DNA of 64,000 nucleotides from an uncultured Alphaproteobacteria bacterium (GCA_963792045.1 CAWBUT010000018.1:670-64669), one strand, 5' to 3'; numbered from the stretch's first letter, positions 30,595 through 46,425 are shown. Translations and numbers: made by a program. Notes: generated by a model from the letters alone, not told the origin.

Positions 30595-31580
30595 TGCCGT
30601 GCGATCCGATCGCCCGGCTCGAGCGTCACCGTGACCGGCTGGCCCGCGGTCAGTTTCGCCGCGTCGCCCTCGGGGCGGGCCTCGATGAGGAAGACGAGCT
30701 TCTCGCGCCGCTCCTGGGAGAAGATGACGGGCGGGGTGAACTCGGCGTCGCGGGCGATGAAGCTGATCTTGGCCTCGAGCCCCGGAGCACAGCCGTCGCA
30801 GGTGACATGCACGATCTGCCCGAGCTGCAACGTCGCCCGCGCGGGCTCCGGCACGAAGAAGCGCACTTTGAGATTGCGCGGCGGGAGCAGCGCCACCACC
30901 GCCTGGCCCGCATTGACGACCTCGCCGGGGCGGAAATAGACCTCCTCGATCGTGCCGTCCTCCTGGCTCGCCACCGTCCGCTTGGCGAGATTCTTCTCCG
31001 CCTCGTCGAGCGAATGGCGCGCCTCCTCGACCGCGGCCTCGGCGGCCGAGATCACATCGGAGCGGCTGACGAGCTTGGCCGCCGAGATGCGCTTCTCGGC
31101 CTGCGCCACCGCGGCCTCGTTGCTGTCGTGCTGGGCGACGGCGTCGTCGAGCTGCGCCTTGGCCACCCAGCCCTTGTCGTAAAGCTGCTGGATACGCTCG
31201 AGATTGGTGACCGATTGCTTGAGCATCGCCTTGGCCTGGTTGAGCGCGGCTTCCAGCACCTCGATCTCGCCCGGCCGCTGCAATTCGGCCTTGGCGTCGG
31301 CGAGCCGCGCATCGGCCTCGTCGAAGCGTGCGCGCGCGGCGGCGACGCCCGCCTCCTCCGCCTTGCTCTCCAGCGTGAAGATCGGCGCGCCCTTGGTGAC
31401 GTGATCGCCCTCCTCGACCGCGAGCGTCTCGACGCGGCCGCCCTGCTCGGAGCCGACCAGCACGAGATCGGCCTCCATATAGCCGGGGAACTGGCTCAGC
31501 TGACCGTCCGAGCAGCCGGCGAGCGCGGAAGCCGCGGTCATCAGGAGTGCGGCGCCAACTACGCGGGACACGAGCGCCAT
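30591..31580 (-). CDS. HlyD family membrane fusion protein (lipoprotein signal)
   Basis: LAGC lipobox, lipoyl-like halves, coiled coil, AEFTPPVIFS motif. Confidence 0.92.
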   Translation of the reverse strand: MALVSRVVGAALLMTAASALAGCSDGQLSQFPGYMEADLVLVGSEQGGRVETLAVEEGDHVTKGAPIFTLESKAEEAGVAAARARFDEADARLADAKAELQRPGEIEVLEAALNQAKAMLKQSVTNLERIQQLYDKGWVAKAQLDDAVAQHDSNEAAVAQAEKRISAAKLVSRSDVISAAEAAVEEARHSLDEAEKNLAKRTVASQEDGTIEEVYFRPGEVVNAGQAVVALLPPRNLKVRFFVPEPARATLQLGQIVHVTCDGCAPGLEAKISFIARDAEFTPPVIFSQERREKLVFLIEARPEGDAAKLTAGQPVTVTLEPGDRIARQ

Positions 31581-32239
31581 TACGTGTCTCCCGTGTTCGG
31601 CGCCCGGATCGCGTCGAGGAGGAGATCGATATTGGTGGCGAGCAGCGCATCGGTGTCGAGGTGGCGATAGCGCTCGAACAGCGCGCGCCACAGAATGGCC
31701 GTCAGCGCCGGCGCGACGAAGAGTTGCGGGTAGTCGCGCAAAGGATTGGGCTTGAACTCGCCGCGCGCGATGCCGCGGTCGATGAGCCGGGTGAGCGTCT
31801 CGATCCCGCGCGACACCACCGTCTCGTAATAGAAGGCGGTCAGCTCGGGATGTTTGTGCCCCTCGGCGATCAAGAGCCGCGCGATGAAGGCGCGCTTCGA
31901 GGTGACGAGCTCCTGGATGAAAGTGAGGAACGGTCCTTTCAGGAATTGCTCGGCCGAGAGCTCGGTCGATTCCATCCTCTCGCGCATGATGTCGAAATGC
32001 GCGGTGATGACGCTGCGCACGACCGCCTTGAACAGCTCCTCCTTGGTCTTGAAGTAGAGATAGGGCAGGCCCTTGCTCACGCGCGCCCGCGCCGCCACGT
32101 CCTCGAGCCGCGTGCCGGCGAAGCCCTTGGTCGAGAATTCCTCGAAGGCCGCGTCCACGATCTGCTGCGGACGGGCATCCTTCTCTTTGCGGCTCTTGCG
32201 GGTCTTGGCCCGTGAGCGAAGCGAATGTTGCGCGACCAT
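31580..32239 (-). CDS. TetR/AcrR family regulator
   Basis: HTH GFAGTRLEDVAARARVSKGLPYLYFKTKEELF. Confidence 0.92.
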   Translation of the reverse strand: MVAQHSLRSRAKTRKSRKEKDARPQQIVDAAFEEFSTKGFAGTRLEDVAARARVSKGLPYLYFKTKEELFKAVVRSVITAHFDIMRERMESTELSAEQFLKGPFLTFIQELVTSKRAFIARLLIAEGHKHPELTAFYYETVVSRGIETLTRLIDRGIARGEFKPNPLRDYPQLFVAPALTAILWRALFERYRHLDTDALLATNIDLLLDAIRAPNTGDT

Positions 32240-32278
32240 GGCCTGCCGCCTCCCAAGCGGATAGCCCTCAATATAATG

Positions 32279-32292
32279 ACTGACCGGTCAGT
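32279..32292. promoter_or_regulatory. Putative TetR operator
   Basis: Perfect palindrome ACTGACCGGTCAGT 40 nt upstream of the TetR start. Confidence 0.65.
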
Positions 32293-32384
32293 ACTGCAAT
32301 GGGCTGCATCGGGGCTTCCGGCGGAGCGCTGTCAGGCCCGGAAAATCGCGCTTTGACGGGGATCAAACGGCCGGAATCCGGCCC

Positions 32385-33378
32385 TCAGGCCCGGGGGTGG
32401 GCCTTGTCGTAGACCTTGAGCAGATGGGCGCGGTCGACCTCGGTATAGACCTGCGTGGTCGAGAGGCTCGCATGCCCGAGCAGCTCCTGGATCGCGCGCA
32501 GATCCGCGCCCGCGCCCAAGAGATGGGTGGCGAAGGAGTGGCGGAGCGCATGCGGCGTGGCGGTGTCGGGCAGGCCGAGCGCATCGCGCGTCCTGGCGAT
32601 GAGGAGCTGGATGATGCGCGGGCTGAGTTGCCCGCCGCGCACGCCGATGAACAGCGGATCGTCGGGCAGGAGCTTCGCCGGGCAGAGCGCGAGGTAGCGC
32701 TCGACCGCCGCCCGCGCGATGGCGAGCACCGGCACCACCCGCGTCTTGTCGCCCTTGCCGCGCACGCGCAGCATGTCGCGCCCCTTGATCGGCGCCTCCT
32801 TGCGCGTGAGCGACAGCGCCTCGGAGATGCGTAAGCCCTGAGCCGTAGAGCAGCGTGAGCACGGCCGTGTCGCGCGCCGCGATCCATTCCGGCGCTTCGA
32901 CATCCTCGATCTCGCCGCCGCTGACCAGCGCCGTGGCCTTGGGCGCGGTGAGCGGCTTCGGCACCGAATGGGGCAGCTTGGGCAGCGCCACGGCGCGCAC
33001 GGCGTCGTTCTTGCCGAAGCCGCGCCGCTCGAGGAAGCGGTAGAACATGCGGAGCGCGCTCAAGGAGCGCGCGAGGCTGCGGCTCTCGACCCCCGCCTCG
33101 CGCCGCGCGGCGAGAAAGGCGCGCACGTCGCGGGCATTGAGCGCGAGCAGCTGCCGCATATCCGGCAGCCGATTGAGATGGGTGGCGAGAAAGGCGAGGA
33201 ACTGGCCGAGATCCCGCGCATAGGCCTCCGCCGTGTTCGGCGACAGCTGGCGCTCGATGGTGAGGTAGTCGAGCCAGCCCTGGGCCGCCTCGCGAACGTA
33301 AGGCGTCCCCATGAAGGCAGGCGCTTTGGCCTCTTTGGTCACGCTGGCGATCCCGTTCCGGTCTTCTGAGCGACTCAC
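32385..33378 (-). CDS. xerC: Tyrosine recombinase XerC (frameshifted)
   Basis: LYGSGLRISE, GKGDKTR, TPHALRHSFATHLL, LLGHASLSTTQVY; divergent from priA, the usual alphaproteobacterial arrangement. Confidence 0.92.
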
Positions 33379-33436
33379 GCGTCACGCGCTACTATATGGG
33401 AGAGGAACTCCTTCCCGTCCCTTAACCCCGCACGCC

Positions 33437-35661
33437 ATGGCCCTGGCCCAACCCAAAACCAAGACCCCATCCAAGCGGAAGACGGCGCCGGTAACGGTCC
33501 CGGTCCTGCTGCCGCTCGCGCTGCCCGCGCCCTACGACTACCTCGTGCCGGAGGGCATGAGCGTCGAGCCGGGGCAGTTCGTCGTCGTGCCGCTCGGCCC
33601 CGTGGAGCGCCTGGGCGTGGTGTGGCCAAGGCGCGAGGGAGAGGAGGCACCCGCCATCGAGCGCAAGAAGCTCCGCCCGATCGTCGAAGCCATCGACGAC
33701 GTGCCGAAGCTGCCGCGCGTCTCGCTCGACTTCGCCGATTGGGTGGCGAATTACACCCTCGCCACCCCCGGCATGGTGCTGCGCATGATGATGAGCGCCG
33801 GCTCCGCCTTTAACCCGCCCGCGCCGCGCTATGGCGTGCGCCTCGTAGGCCCCGCGCCCGCGCGCATGACCCCGGCCCGCGCCCGCGTGGTCGAGGCCGC
33901 CGGCAACGGCCTCCTCTGGGTGAAATCGAGCCTGGCGGAGGTGGCGGGCGTGAGCCCCGGCGTGATCGACGGGCTGGTCGATGCCGGCACGCTCTTGACC
34001 GAGCCCGTGCCCGACCCCTTTACCGAGCCGCTCGATCTGTCGCGCGCCCGCGCTCGCCTCACCCCCGAGCAGGCCGCCGCCGCCAAGGCGCTGCTCGCCA
34101 ACACGGGCGACGGCTTCACCGTCACGCTGCTCGACGGCGTCACCGGCTCCGGCAAGACGGAAGTCTATTTCGAGGCCATCGCCCAGGCGCTCGAGCGCGG
34201 GCACCAGGCGCTCGTGCTCATGCCCGAGATCGCGCTCACCAGCCAGTTCCTCGCCCGCTGCGAGGAGCGCTTCGGCGCCCGCCCCGCCGAATGGCATTCG
34301 GGACTCTCGGCGCCCCTGCGCGGCCGCGTCTGGCGCGCGGTCGCGGAGAACAAGGCGAAGCTCGTGGTCGGCGCGCGCTCGGCGCTCTTCCTCCCCTTCC
34401 CCGATCTCGGCCTCATCGTCGTCGATGAGGAGCACGACCAGGGCTACAAGCAGGAGGACCGCGTCGCCTATCAGGCGCGCGACATGGCGGTGTTGCGCGG
34501 ATCGCTCGGGGCCATCCCCGTGGTGTTGAGCTCGGCCACGCCCTCGATCGAGAGCCTGGTCAATGTTGCGCAGGCGCCGTTACCGCCACATCCGCCTTGC
34601 CGAACGCTATAAGAGCGCCGGGCTCCCTGCCATTGCCGCGATCGACATGCGCGCCGATCCGCCCGAGCGGGGCAAATGGCTCTCGCCGGTGCTGGTCGAG
34701 GCGGTCGAGCAGACGCTTGCGCGCGGCGAGCAGGCGCTGCTGTTCCTGAACCGGCGCGGCTATGCCCCGGTCACGCTCTGCCGCAAATGCGGCTTCAAAT
34801 TCGAATGCCCGAATTGCTCGGCCTGGCTCGTGGAGCACAGATTCCGGCGAAGGCTCGAATGCCATCATTGCGGCACCTCCATCCCCACGCCGGAGATCTG
34901 CCCCAATTGCGGCGCCGAACATTCGCTCGTGCCGTGCGGGCCGGGCATCGAGCGCATCGACGAGGAGATCGCCGAACGCTTCCCGCAAGCCCGCCGCGTG
35001 CTGCTGTCGAGCGATTTGACGCCGTCGGTGAGCGATCTGCGCGAGACCTTGCGCGAGATCGAGGAGCGCGAGGTCGACGTGATCATCGGCACCCAGCTCG
35101 TGGCCAAGGGCCATCATTTCCCGGGGCTCGCGCTCGTCGGCGTCATCGACGCCGATCTGGGGCTCGCCCATGCCGACCCGCGCGCGGCCGAGCGCACCTT
35201 CCAGCTCATGCATCAGGTGACGGGGCGGGCGGGACGCGAGGCGGTCGAAGGCCGCGGCCTGATCCAGACCTATATGCCCGAGCACCCGGTGATTCAGGCG
35301 CTCGTCTCGGGCGACCGCGACACCTTCCTCGCGCGCGAGATCGAGGCGCGCAAGGCAGCGCTGATGCCGCCCTTCGGGCGTCTCGCCGCGCTGCTGGTGA
35401 CGGGGAGCAGCCGCGAGGCGGCCGAGTCTTACGCCCGCGCCGTGGCCCGCGCCGCGCCCGCCGCCGCCAAGATCGAGGTGCTGGGGCCGGCCGAGGCGCC
35501 GCTGTCGGTGATCCGCGGCCGCTACCGCTTCCGCCTGCTGGTCAAGGCCACGCGCGAGGCGGATTTACAGGCCTATCTGCGCCTATGGCTCGCGCGAGGC
35601 GCCCAAGCCCAAAGGCGATTTGCGCCTCACCGTGGACGTCGATCCCTATAGTTTTTTGTAG
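33437..35661 (+). CDS. priA: Primosomal protein N' (frameshifted)
   Basis: GVTGSGKTEVY, DEEHD, SATP, CxxC zinc clusters, QVTGRAGR, terminal VDVDPYSFL. Confidence 0.96.
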
Positions 35662-35738
35662 CCGCCCCTTGCTCTCTATTCTCACCCCGGGGCATGACGA
35701 GTGTGGGGCGGGGCGGCACCTTTTGCTATGGTCGCGCC

Positions 35739-36188
35739 ATGGCGGCGGACCTCAAGACCGATCCTGAATTTTTCGCCCTGCTCACCGAGAGCTATAAGCG
35801 GCTCGTCGGCGTGCCGCTCGTGCCGGAGGGCAAGGACGCTGGCTGGCTCTACGCGGAAGCGCCCTTCGCCGTGGTCGCGCACGACACCGAGGCCGATCCC
35901 AAATTCATCTACGCCAACGGAGCCGCGCAGAGCCTGCTTCGAATATTGCTGGGAGGAGATGATCGGCCTCCCCTCGCGGCTCTCGGCCGAGGCGCCGGAG
36001 CGCGCCGAGCGGCAGGCGCTGCTCGACGCCGTCGCGCAGAAGGGGTTCATGTCCGGCTATTCCGGGATCCGCGTTGCCAAGTCCGGCCGGCGCTTTCTCA
36101 TCGCGAACGGAATTGTCTGGCAGCTCACCGGCCAGGACGGTCTGGTGCACGGCAGGCCGCGACCTTTCCGTCCTGGCGGAATCTCTGA
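35739..36188 (+). CDS. Stand-alone MEKHLA (PAS-like) domain protein (frameshifted)
   Basis: APFAVVAH...DPKFIYAN...LPSRLSAE...YSGIRVAKSGRRF...QAATF. Confidence 0.85.
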   Translation: MAADLKTDPEFFALLTESYKRLVGVPLVPEGKDAGWLYAEAPFAVVAHDTEADPKFIYANGAAQSLLRILLGGDDRPPLAALGRGAGARRAAGAARRRRAEGVHVRLFRDPRCQVRPALSHRERNCLAAHRPGRSGARQAATFPSWRNL

Positions 36189-36204
36189 CTCTCGTTCGGC
36201 AAGC

Positions 36205-36870
36205 TCACGCGTTGCGGACGTCCTGCGCGGCGCGGGCCAAAATCTCCACGATGCGCGTCTCGGCATCGCCGCGAGCGGTATCGCCGCGAGCGGGATCGCC
36301 CTCGGCACCGTCGGCCTCCAGCCGCTTCACCGCGACGGCGCGGAGATTGTCGAGCGCGGCCTCCACGAGCTGCGGCACGCCCTTGCTCTCCTCGCTCTGC
36401 CGCTCCCAAGCGCGCCGCCGCCGCGCGAGCTTCTTGCCGATGGCGGTGAGCCGCTCGAGCACCATGTCGGCGACGTCGCGATTCTCTTCGAGATGCGCGC
36501 GGCCCTCTTGGGTGATGGTGTAGCGCTTCTTCGCCCCCTCGCTCTCGGCGGTGACATAGCCCGCCTCCTCGAGGAAGGTGAGCGTGGGATAGACCACGCC
36601 CGGGCTCGGGCTGTAGCAGCCGCTCGTCTTCTCCTCGATGAGCTTGATGAGCTCATAGCCGTGGCGCGGCTGCTCGGCGATGAGCGCGAGCGCGAGCAGC
36701 TTGAGGTCGCCTTGCGCGAGCATGCGGCCGACGCGGAACCAATCGCCGCCGCCGCCCTGCCCGGGTCCCCAGCCGGGGCCGCGGCCGAAGCGCCCGCCCT
36801 CGCCGAAGCGGGCGAAGCGCCGCCCGGCCCACCGCTCGAAGCGGTCTTCGTGATGTCTCATTCCATGCAT
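36205..36870 (-). CDS. PadR family transcriptional regulator
   Basis: PRHGYELIK...YSPSPGVVYPTL...KRYTITQEG, with a His/Gly/Arg-rich N-terminus. Confidence 0.92.
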   Translation of the reverse strand: MHGMRHHEDRFERWAGRRFARFGEGGRFGRGPGWGPGQGGGGDWFRVGRMLAQGDLKLLALALIAEQPRHGYELIKLIEEKTSGCYSPSPGVVYPTLTFLEEAGYVTAESEGAKKRYTITQEGRAHLEENRDVADMVLERLTAIGKKLARRRRAWERQSEESKGVPQLVEAALDNLRAVAVKRLEADGAEGDPARGDTARGDAETRIVEILARAAQDVRNA

Positions 36871-36891
36871 GTCGTTTCTCTCCTCATGCGA

Positions 36892-36943
36892 TAAGATATA
36901 TCTTACGATAGAACGACAACTGGCCTATCGCAAGATATATCTT
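36892..36943. promoter_or_regulatory. Tandem palindromic operators upstream of the PadR gene
   Basis: TAAGATATATCTTA (36892-36905) and AAGATATATCTT (36932-36943), embedded in a larger inverted repeat. Confidence 0.7.
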
Positions 36944-37157
36944 CTGATCCGGATCAGAGGCGGAAAATCGCGGGAAGCCGGGGCCCCCGACGCCGGTTGC
37001 GCGAGCCCCGGGCGCTATGTTACAGGCTCGCGCCAAGACTTCCGGGGGCCGTCGGCGGCGCCGTTGCGGCCGTTGACGCGGAGGCTTCAATCCCAGAATT
37101 TCTGGCTTGGCGGCGAGGCGCCTTGGCAAAGGGCGCCCGCTGGGGAGGAAGAGGCGT

Positions 37158-37727
37158 TTGGCGACCCAGGGCGAGGACCCCATCATTGCCGGTGTGGCGG
37201 GCCGCTATGCCACCGCTTTGTTCGAGCTTGGCCTCGAGGCGAATGCGCTCGACCCCATCCTGAACGAGCTCAACCGCTTCCATGAGGCCATGGACGCGGT
37301 CGACGACCTCGCCCGCCTCGTCAAGAGTCCCGGTCTTCACCGCCGACGAGCAGGCGCGCGCCATCGCCGCCATCCTCGAGGAGCTGAAGATCGAGGGGCT
37401 GACCGCGAATTTCCTGAAGCTTGCCGCCAAGAACCGCCGCCTCTTCGCCGTGCCCGACATGATCCGGGCCTTCCGCGCGCTGCTCGCCCGCCATCGCGGC
37501 CAGATGAGCGCCGAGGTGATCTCCGCCACCAAGCTCGAAGAGGGTCAGCTCCGCGCGCTGCGCGAGGCGCTCAATGCGGCGCTGCACAAGGACGTGCAGC
37601 TCGACCAGCGCGTCGATGCGCAGCCTGCTCGGCGGCCTGATCGTCAAGGTGGGGAGCCGCATGATCGACTAGCTCGCTGCGCACCAAGCTCGTTAAGTCT
37701 CAAGCACGCCATGAAAGAGGTTGGTTG

Positions 37728-37728
<1 letters not shown>
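37158..37728 (+). CDS. atpH: ATP synthase F1 delta (frameshifted)
   Basis: [30 protein letters not shown] motifs. Confidence 0.93.
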
Positions 37729-39259
<1,531 letters not shown>

Positions 39260-39267
39260 GATGAGCC

Positions 39268-41691
<2,424 letters not shown>

Positions 41692-41729
41692 TCCCCCTCC
41701 CCCGGGAGGAGGCCTGTCTCTCGAGGAGC

Positions 41730-42134
41730 ATGGCCGACACCTTCAAATTCGAGCTCGTCTCGCCGGAGCGGCTGCTTCTCTCCGAGCAGGTGGCGCAGGT
41801 CGAGGTGCCGGGCGCGGAGGGCGACTTCACCGTGCTGCCGCTGCACGCGCCGCTGCTCTCGGCGCTCAGGCCGGGTCTCCTCGCCGTCGGCCAGGCGGGC
41901 GGCACCCTGAGGCGCTATTTCGTGCGCGGCGGCTTTGCCGAAATGGGCCCCGCCGGGCTGACCGTGCTCGCCGAGACCGCCATCGATCTCGCCGAGCTCG
42001 ACGCCAAGCACCTCGCCCAAGCCGTCAAGGACGCCGAGGAGGACGTGACCGACGCCACCGACGACCTCCTCCGCGACCGGGCGAGAACCCGCCTGGAACA
42101 TCTGCGCCAGGTCCAGGCGAGCCTCAACCTCTAG
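41730..42134 (+). CDS. atpC: ATP synthase F1 epsilon
   Basis: FKFELVSPERLL, GDFTVLPLHAP, VRGGFAE motifs. Confidence 0.95.
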   Translation: MADTFKFELVSPERLLLSEQVAQVEVPGAEGDFTVLPLHAPLLSALRPGLLAVGQAGGTLRRYFVRGGFAEMGPAGLTVLAETAIDLAELDAKHLAQAVKDAEEDVTDATDDLLRDRARTRLEHLRQVQASLNL

Positions 42135-42251
42135 CGGCAAAAGGCCCTATCCGATTAGGGCCATTGCCCTTCTCTTGCTATAAGGCCAGGCCAGAATCGG
42201 AGCGCCCGAAAGGGCGTGTCCGGATCGTCCGGGGGCTTGGCGGAGAGAGGG

Positions 42252-44598
42252 ATGCAGCAGCGGACCGAGCCGAAGCGCGTGCGCTCCTTGAGCTTCGGGC
42301 TCGAGCGGCTCGGCCTCACCGTGCTGCGCTATCCTTATGTCGCCGCCGGTCTGATCGTCCTCATCACCATCGCCGCCTTCTTCGGCATCTCCAGGCTCAC
42401 GGTCGACGATTCGCTCTCCGAGCTGTTCCGCACCGACACCCCCGAATTCCACGATTACGAGCTGATCTCCAAGCGCTTTCCCTCGAGCGAATATGACGTG
42501 CTCATCGTCATCGAGGGGCCCGGCCTGCTCGAGCGGCGCTCGGTCGCCGCGCTGCGCAAGCTCGTGAGCGAGCTGCAATTCGTCGACGGCATGGACGGAG
42601 AGGTGTCGCTGTTCTCGGCGCGCGAGGCGCCCGAGCCCGGCAAGGTGCCGGGGCCCGTCTTCCCCGCGCGGCTTCCCTCCGGCGACGGACTACACCAAGC
42701 TCATCGACCAGGTCCGCAACAACGAGATCATCAAGGGCAAGCTCCTGTCCGACGACGGCACCCTCACCCTCGTCCTGCTCGCGCTCGACCGCGAGGTGGT
42801 GGCGAGCAAGGGCCTGAACTCGGTGGTGACGCAGATCCACGAGACCGCCGACCAATATTTGAAGGGCACCGGGCTCAAAGTCTCGCTCTCGGGCGCGCCG
42901 GTGATGCAGCTCGAGATCAGGAACGCGGTCGAGCGCGACCGCAACCTCTATAACGCGCTCGGCTTCTTCTTCGGCGCCATCATCGCCTATGCCTTCTTCC
43001 GCCGCTTCTCGCTGATGGCCATCGCCGCCCTGCCCCCCGTCATCGCCATCATCTGGTCGCTCGGCCTGTTCGGCTGGCTCGGCTTCAAGCTCAATCTGTT
43101 CCTGAACGTCATGGTGCCGCTCATCATGGTGCTCGGCTTCTCCGACTCGATGCAGCTCACCGTCGCCATGCGCAATCGCCTGATCGACGGCGACCGCCGC
43201 ATCAAGGCCGCGCGCTACGCGGTCCTCGTCGTGGGACCGGCTTGCGTGCTCGCCACCGCCACCGCGGTCGCCTCCTTCGTCGCGCTGTTCTTCTCCAACT
43301 CCGCGCTGATCCGCACCTTCGGCTTCGCCGGCGCGCTGTCCTGCATGATCGCCTTCGTCGTCGGCATCTCGCTCGTGCCGCTCCTCACCCGCGCGCTCAT
43401 CGGCCGCAACACCAAACGCTTCGTCGCCAGTCTGAAGCGCCACGACCTCGCCATGGACAAGCTCAAGCGCTTCTGCGGCATCATCGGCGAGATCGGCGTG
43501 CGCCATCCGAAGACCGTGGTGAGCGCAGGCCTGGCTTTGGTGCTCGCCTTCGGCGCCATCTATCTGACGCTCACGCCGCGCTATCGCCTCGCCGACCAGG
43601 TGCCCGACCGCGAGCAGGCGGTGGCGGCCTCCGCCCAGCTCGACGAGAAGCTGACCGGCGCCAATCCGCTGCACGTCATGGTCGACTGGCCGCAGGGCAA
43701 GACGCTGTACGATCCCGAGGTGCTGAAGGTGCTCGGCGACATCCATGCCATCGTCGAGACCCAGTCCGGCGTCGGCAATGTCTGGTCGGTCGAGACCTTG
43801 CGCCGCTGGCTCGCCAAGACCCAGGAGGACACCCCGGAGAAGCTCAAGGAATATATCGACATCCTGCCCGACTATCTGACCAAGCGCTTCATCGACGAGA
43901 AGGACAATTCCGCCGTGGTGACGGGGCGCATCCCCGACGTCGATGTGAGCGACTTGCTGCCGGTGATCGAGAAGCTGGACGCCCAGCTCGACAGCGTGCG
44001 CAAGGCGCACCCCGATTACCGCATCGTCGTCACCGGGCTCTCGGCCATCGCCGCGCGCAACAGCGCCACCATGATCGGCAAGCTGAATGCGGGGCTCACC
44101 ACCGAGATCGTCTTCATCTGCATCTTCTTGGGGCTCGCCTTCCGCTCATTGATGGTGAGCTTCGTCAGCGTCTTGCCCAATCTGTTCCCCGTGCTCACCG
44201 CCGGCGCGGTGCTCGCCGCGTCCGGCGAGGGCCTGCAATTTGCCTCCATCGTGGCGCTGATCGTGTCCTTCGGCCTCTCGCTCAACGCCACCGTCCATTA
44301 TCTGAACCGGTTGCGGCTCGAGGATCGCCCGGGCGAGAACCCCGCCATCGGGGTGGAGCGCGCCACCGTGCTCATCGGCCCTGCGCTCGTGCTCACCTCG
44401 CTCATCCTCGCTTTCGGCCTCGGCATCACGGTGCTGTCGGACCTGCCCTCCTTGCGCCTGTTCGGCAAGCTTTCGGGGCTCACGCTGATGGCGGCGCTGG
44501 TGGGCGATCTCCTGCTCCTGCCGGCGAGCGTGCTGCTGTGGCGGCGCTACATCCGCCCCTGGCGCAAGGGTGAAGCGGGCGCGTCCGCGCGCGCTTAA
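42252..44598 (+). CDS. MMPL/RND family transporter (frameshift near 42690)
   Basis: Two repeats of a periplasmic domain plus TM bundle; GFSDSMQ and GLSLNATVHY correspond to the GxxxD motif positions. Confidence 0.85.
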
Positions 44599-45118
44599 GC
44601 GCCGTCCGCTATTTGCGGGGCGAGCTCCGCGATCACGCGCTCATAGACCGGCCGCTTGAACGGCACGACAAGCTCAACGAACCGTTTCGAGCGGCGCCCA
44701 TTGCCAAGCATCGAACTCGCGCGCGTGACCGGGCTGCGGCGCAAGGTCGATCTCGCTGTCCTGGCCGAGAAAGCGCGCGGCGAACCACAGCTGCCTCTGC
44801 CCGCGATAGCGGCCCTCCCACGCCACGCCGATGAGATGCGCGGGCAGATCGTAATGGTGCCAGTCGCGCGTGCGCGCGATGAACCGCGCCGACGAGACGC
44901 CGGTCTCCTCGGCGAGCTCGCGCCGCGCCGCCTGCTCCGGGCTCCTCGCCGGCATCCACGCCGCCTTGCGGCATCTGCCACCACGTGCCGAGCCCCTCGG
45001 GCTGGTCGGGCGCGCCGGCGCGCTTGCCGATGAAGACGAGGCCTGCCGCATTGACCAGCATCACGCCGACGCACGGCCGGTAAGGCAGCGCCGCCGCAGC
45101 TTTCGTGACGTCTGACAA
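44595..45118 (-). CDS. rppH: RNA pyrophosphohydrolase (frameshifted)
   Basis: [17 protein letters not shown], Nudix [23 protein letters not shown] motifs. Confidence 0.92.
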
Positions 45119-45120
45119 GA

Positions 45121-46425
45121 TCAGCTTTGCCGCTGCGAGCGCACGGCGGCGCTCACCGGCACGAGCACGATGCCCTTGGCCTCGAGCTTGTGCGCCCATT
45201 CGGCGAGCTGCTTGACGGTCGTGGCTTTCGCGCTCGCCACCCCGATGGCGCTGCCGCGCTCCTTCGCCAGGGCCTCGAGCTTCGCCAGCGACTGCGCGCC
45301 GTCGATCTGGATGCTGGCCACCGAATAGTCGAGGCCGAGCGTGCCGGCGATCTGCCCGGCCGTCGAGTTCTGCACGGAGCCGTCATCGACATAGAGCAGC
45401 CCGCGGGCTTTGATCTCCTCGAGCACGGGCAGGAGGGAATCCTGCGTTGCCTCGAACTTGGCGCCCATGAGGTTGGTCACGCCCACATAGCCCGTGAAGC
45501 GCGACATGAGCCATTGCAGCCGCTTCATGTTCTCCGCGGGCGGCAGCGTGGTGAGCAGCGTATGCGGCCCCGGATCGGCGGTGGGATAGTTCATGGGCTC
45601 GAGCGGCACCTGCAAGAAGACCTCGTGTCCGGCCGCGCGCGCTTTGTCGACCCCGTCCTGCAAATTACGGCCATAGGCGCCATAGGCCACGCTGATCGGC
45701 GCCGGCAGATCCTTGATCGCCTCGCCGGTGGCGCTGTCGGACAGTCCCATGCCGCTCACGAGCACGGCGACGCGCACCGGGCCTCCGGCCGCGGCCTTGG
45801 CGGCATAGCGCGAGGGCCGCGCATAGGCCTCGAGCGGACGCTTTCCGTCCGCCGCCACCTTGGGCAGCGGGCCGTATTGCGACTGTTCGACGAGCTCGGC
45901 GATGGGCACGGGCGGGAGCGGGATCGAGCCCGTCTCGGCGCTCGCATCATTGGCCGTGTCGGGGCCACCTGCGGCGGCCACCTGTTGCATCGGCGGCGCG
46001 GGCGCCGCTGACGCCTGCGTTTCGCTTCCGTCGAGCGCGCCTTGCGGCGGCGGCGGACCCCATTGGGCGGAGCGGGCGGCTCCTGCGCCTGCGGGTTGGC
46101 CGGTGGCATCTCGGGCATGGCGGCCGCCGGCGGCGGCGCGGCCGGGGTGGCTGGAGCGGCCCCTGGCGCGCCCCCTGACGGCGGGAGCGAAATGATGAAG
46201 CCGGGCGGCGGGAGCGAACTGCTCGCCGCTCTGCGGCGCGCCGCTCGGTGCCGCGCCTTGCGCCGGTGCGGCGGGCGCGCTGGGCGCGGCCGGCCGGACG
46301 GCGGGTTGAAGTTCGAGAATCGCGACCGGCTCGCCCGCATCCGACCCGGGGAAAAAGGCGAGCACGGCGATGACGAGCGCAAGCGCCGACAGCAGAACAG
46401 AAGCCGTGATGGCCAGAGCCTTCAT
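45121..46425 (-). CDS. Divergent polysaccharide deacetylase (YibQ/DUF610), Pro-rich linker
   Basis: [34 protein letters not shown]; downstream of ctpA. Confidence 0.88.
   Translation of the reverse strand: MKALAITASVLLSALALVIAVLAFFPGSDAGEPVAILELQPAVRPAAPSAPAAPAQGAAPSGAPQSGEQFAPAARLHHFAPAVRGRARGRSSHPGRAAAGGRHARDATGQPAGAGAARSAQWGPPPPQGALDGSETQASAAPAPPMQQVAAAGGPDTANDASAETGSIPLPPVPIAELVEQSQYGPLPKVAADGKRPLEAYARPSRYAAKAAAGGPVRVAVLVSGMGLSDSATGEAIKDLPAPISVAYGAYGRNLQDGVDKARAAGHEVFLQVPLEPMNYPTADPGPHTLLTTLPPAENMKRLQWLMSRFTGYVGVTNLMGAKFEATQDSLLPVLEEIKARGLLYVDDGSVQNSTAGQIAGTLGLDYSVASIQIDGAQSLAKLEALAKERGSAIGVASAKATTVKQLAEWAHKLEAKGIVLVPVSAAVRSQRQS

Noticed and set aside
28414-31650. A single 1078-aa ATPase-permease fusion
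   Set aside because: The ORF crosses frames through indels and includes nonsense stretches. ATGA overlaps indicate separate HlyD, ATPase and permease genes.
32385-33378. xerC as the island's own integrase
   Set aside because: It lies 24 kb away in its usual housekeeping position next to priA. Action in trans on the 11-6-11 sites remains testable but is not supported by the sequence alone.
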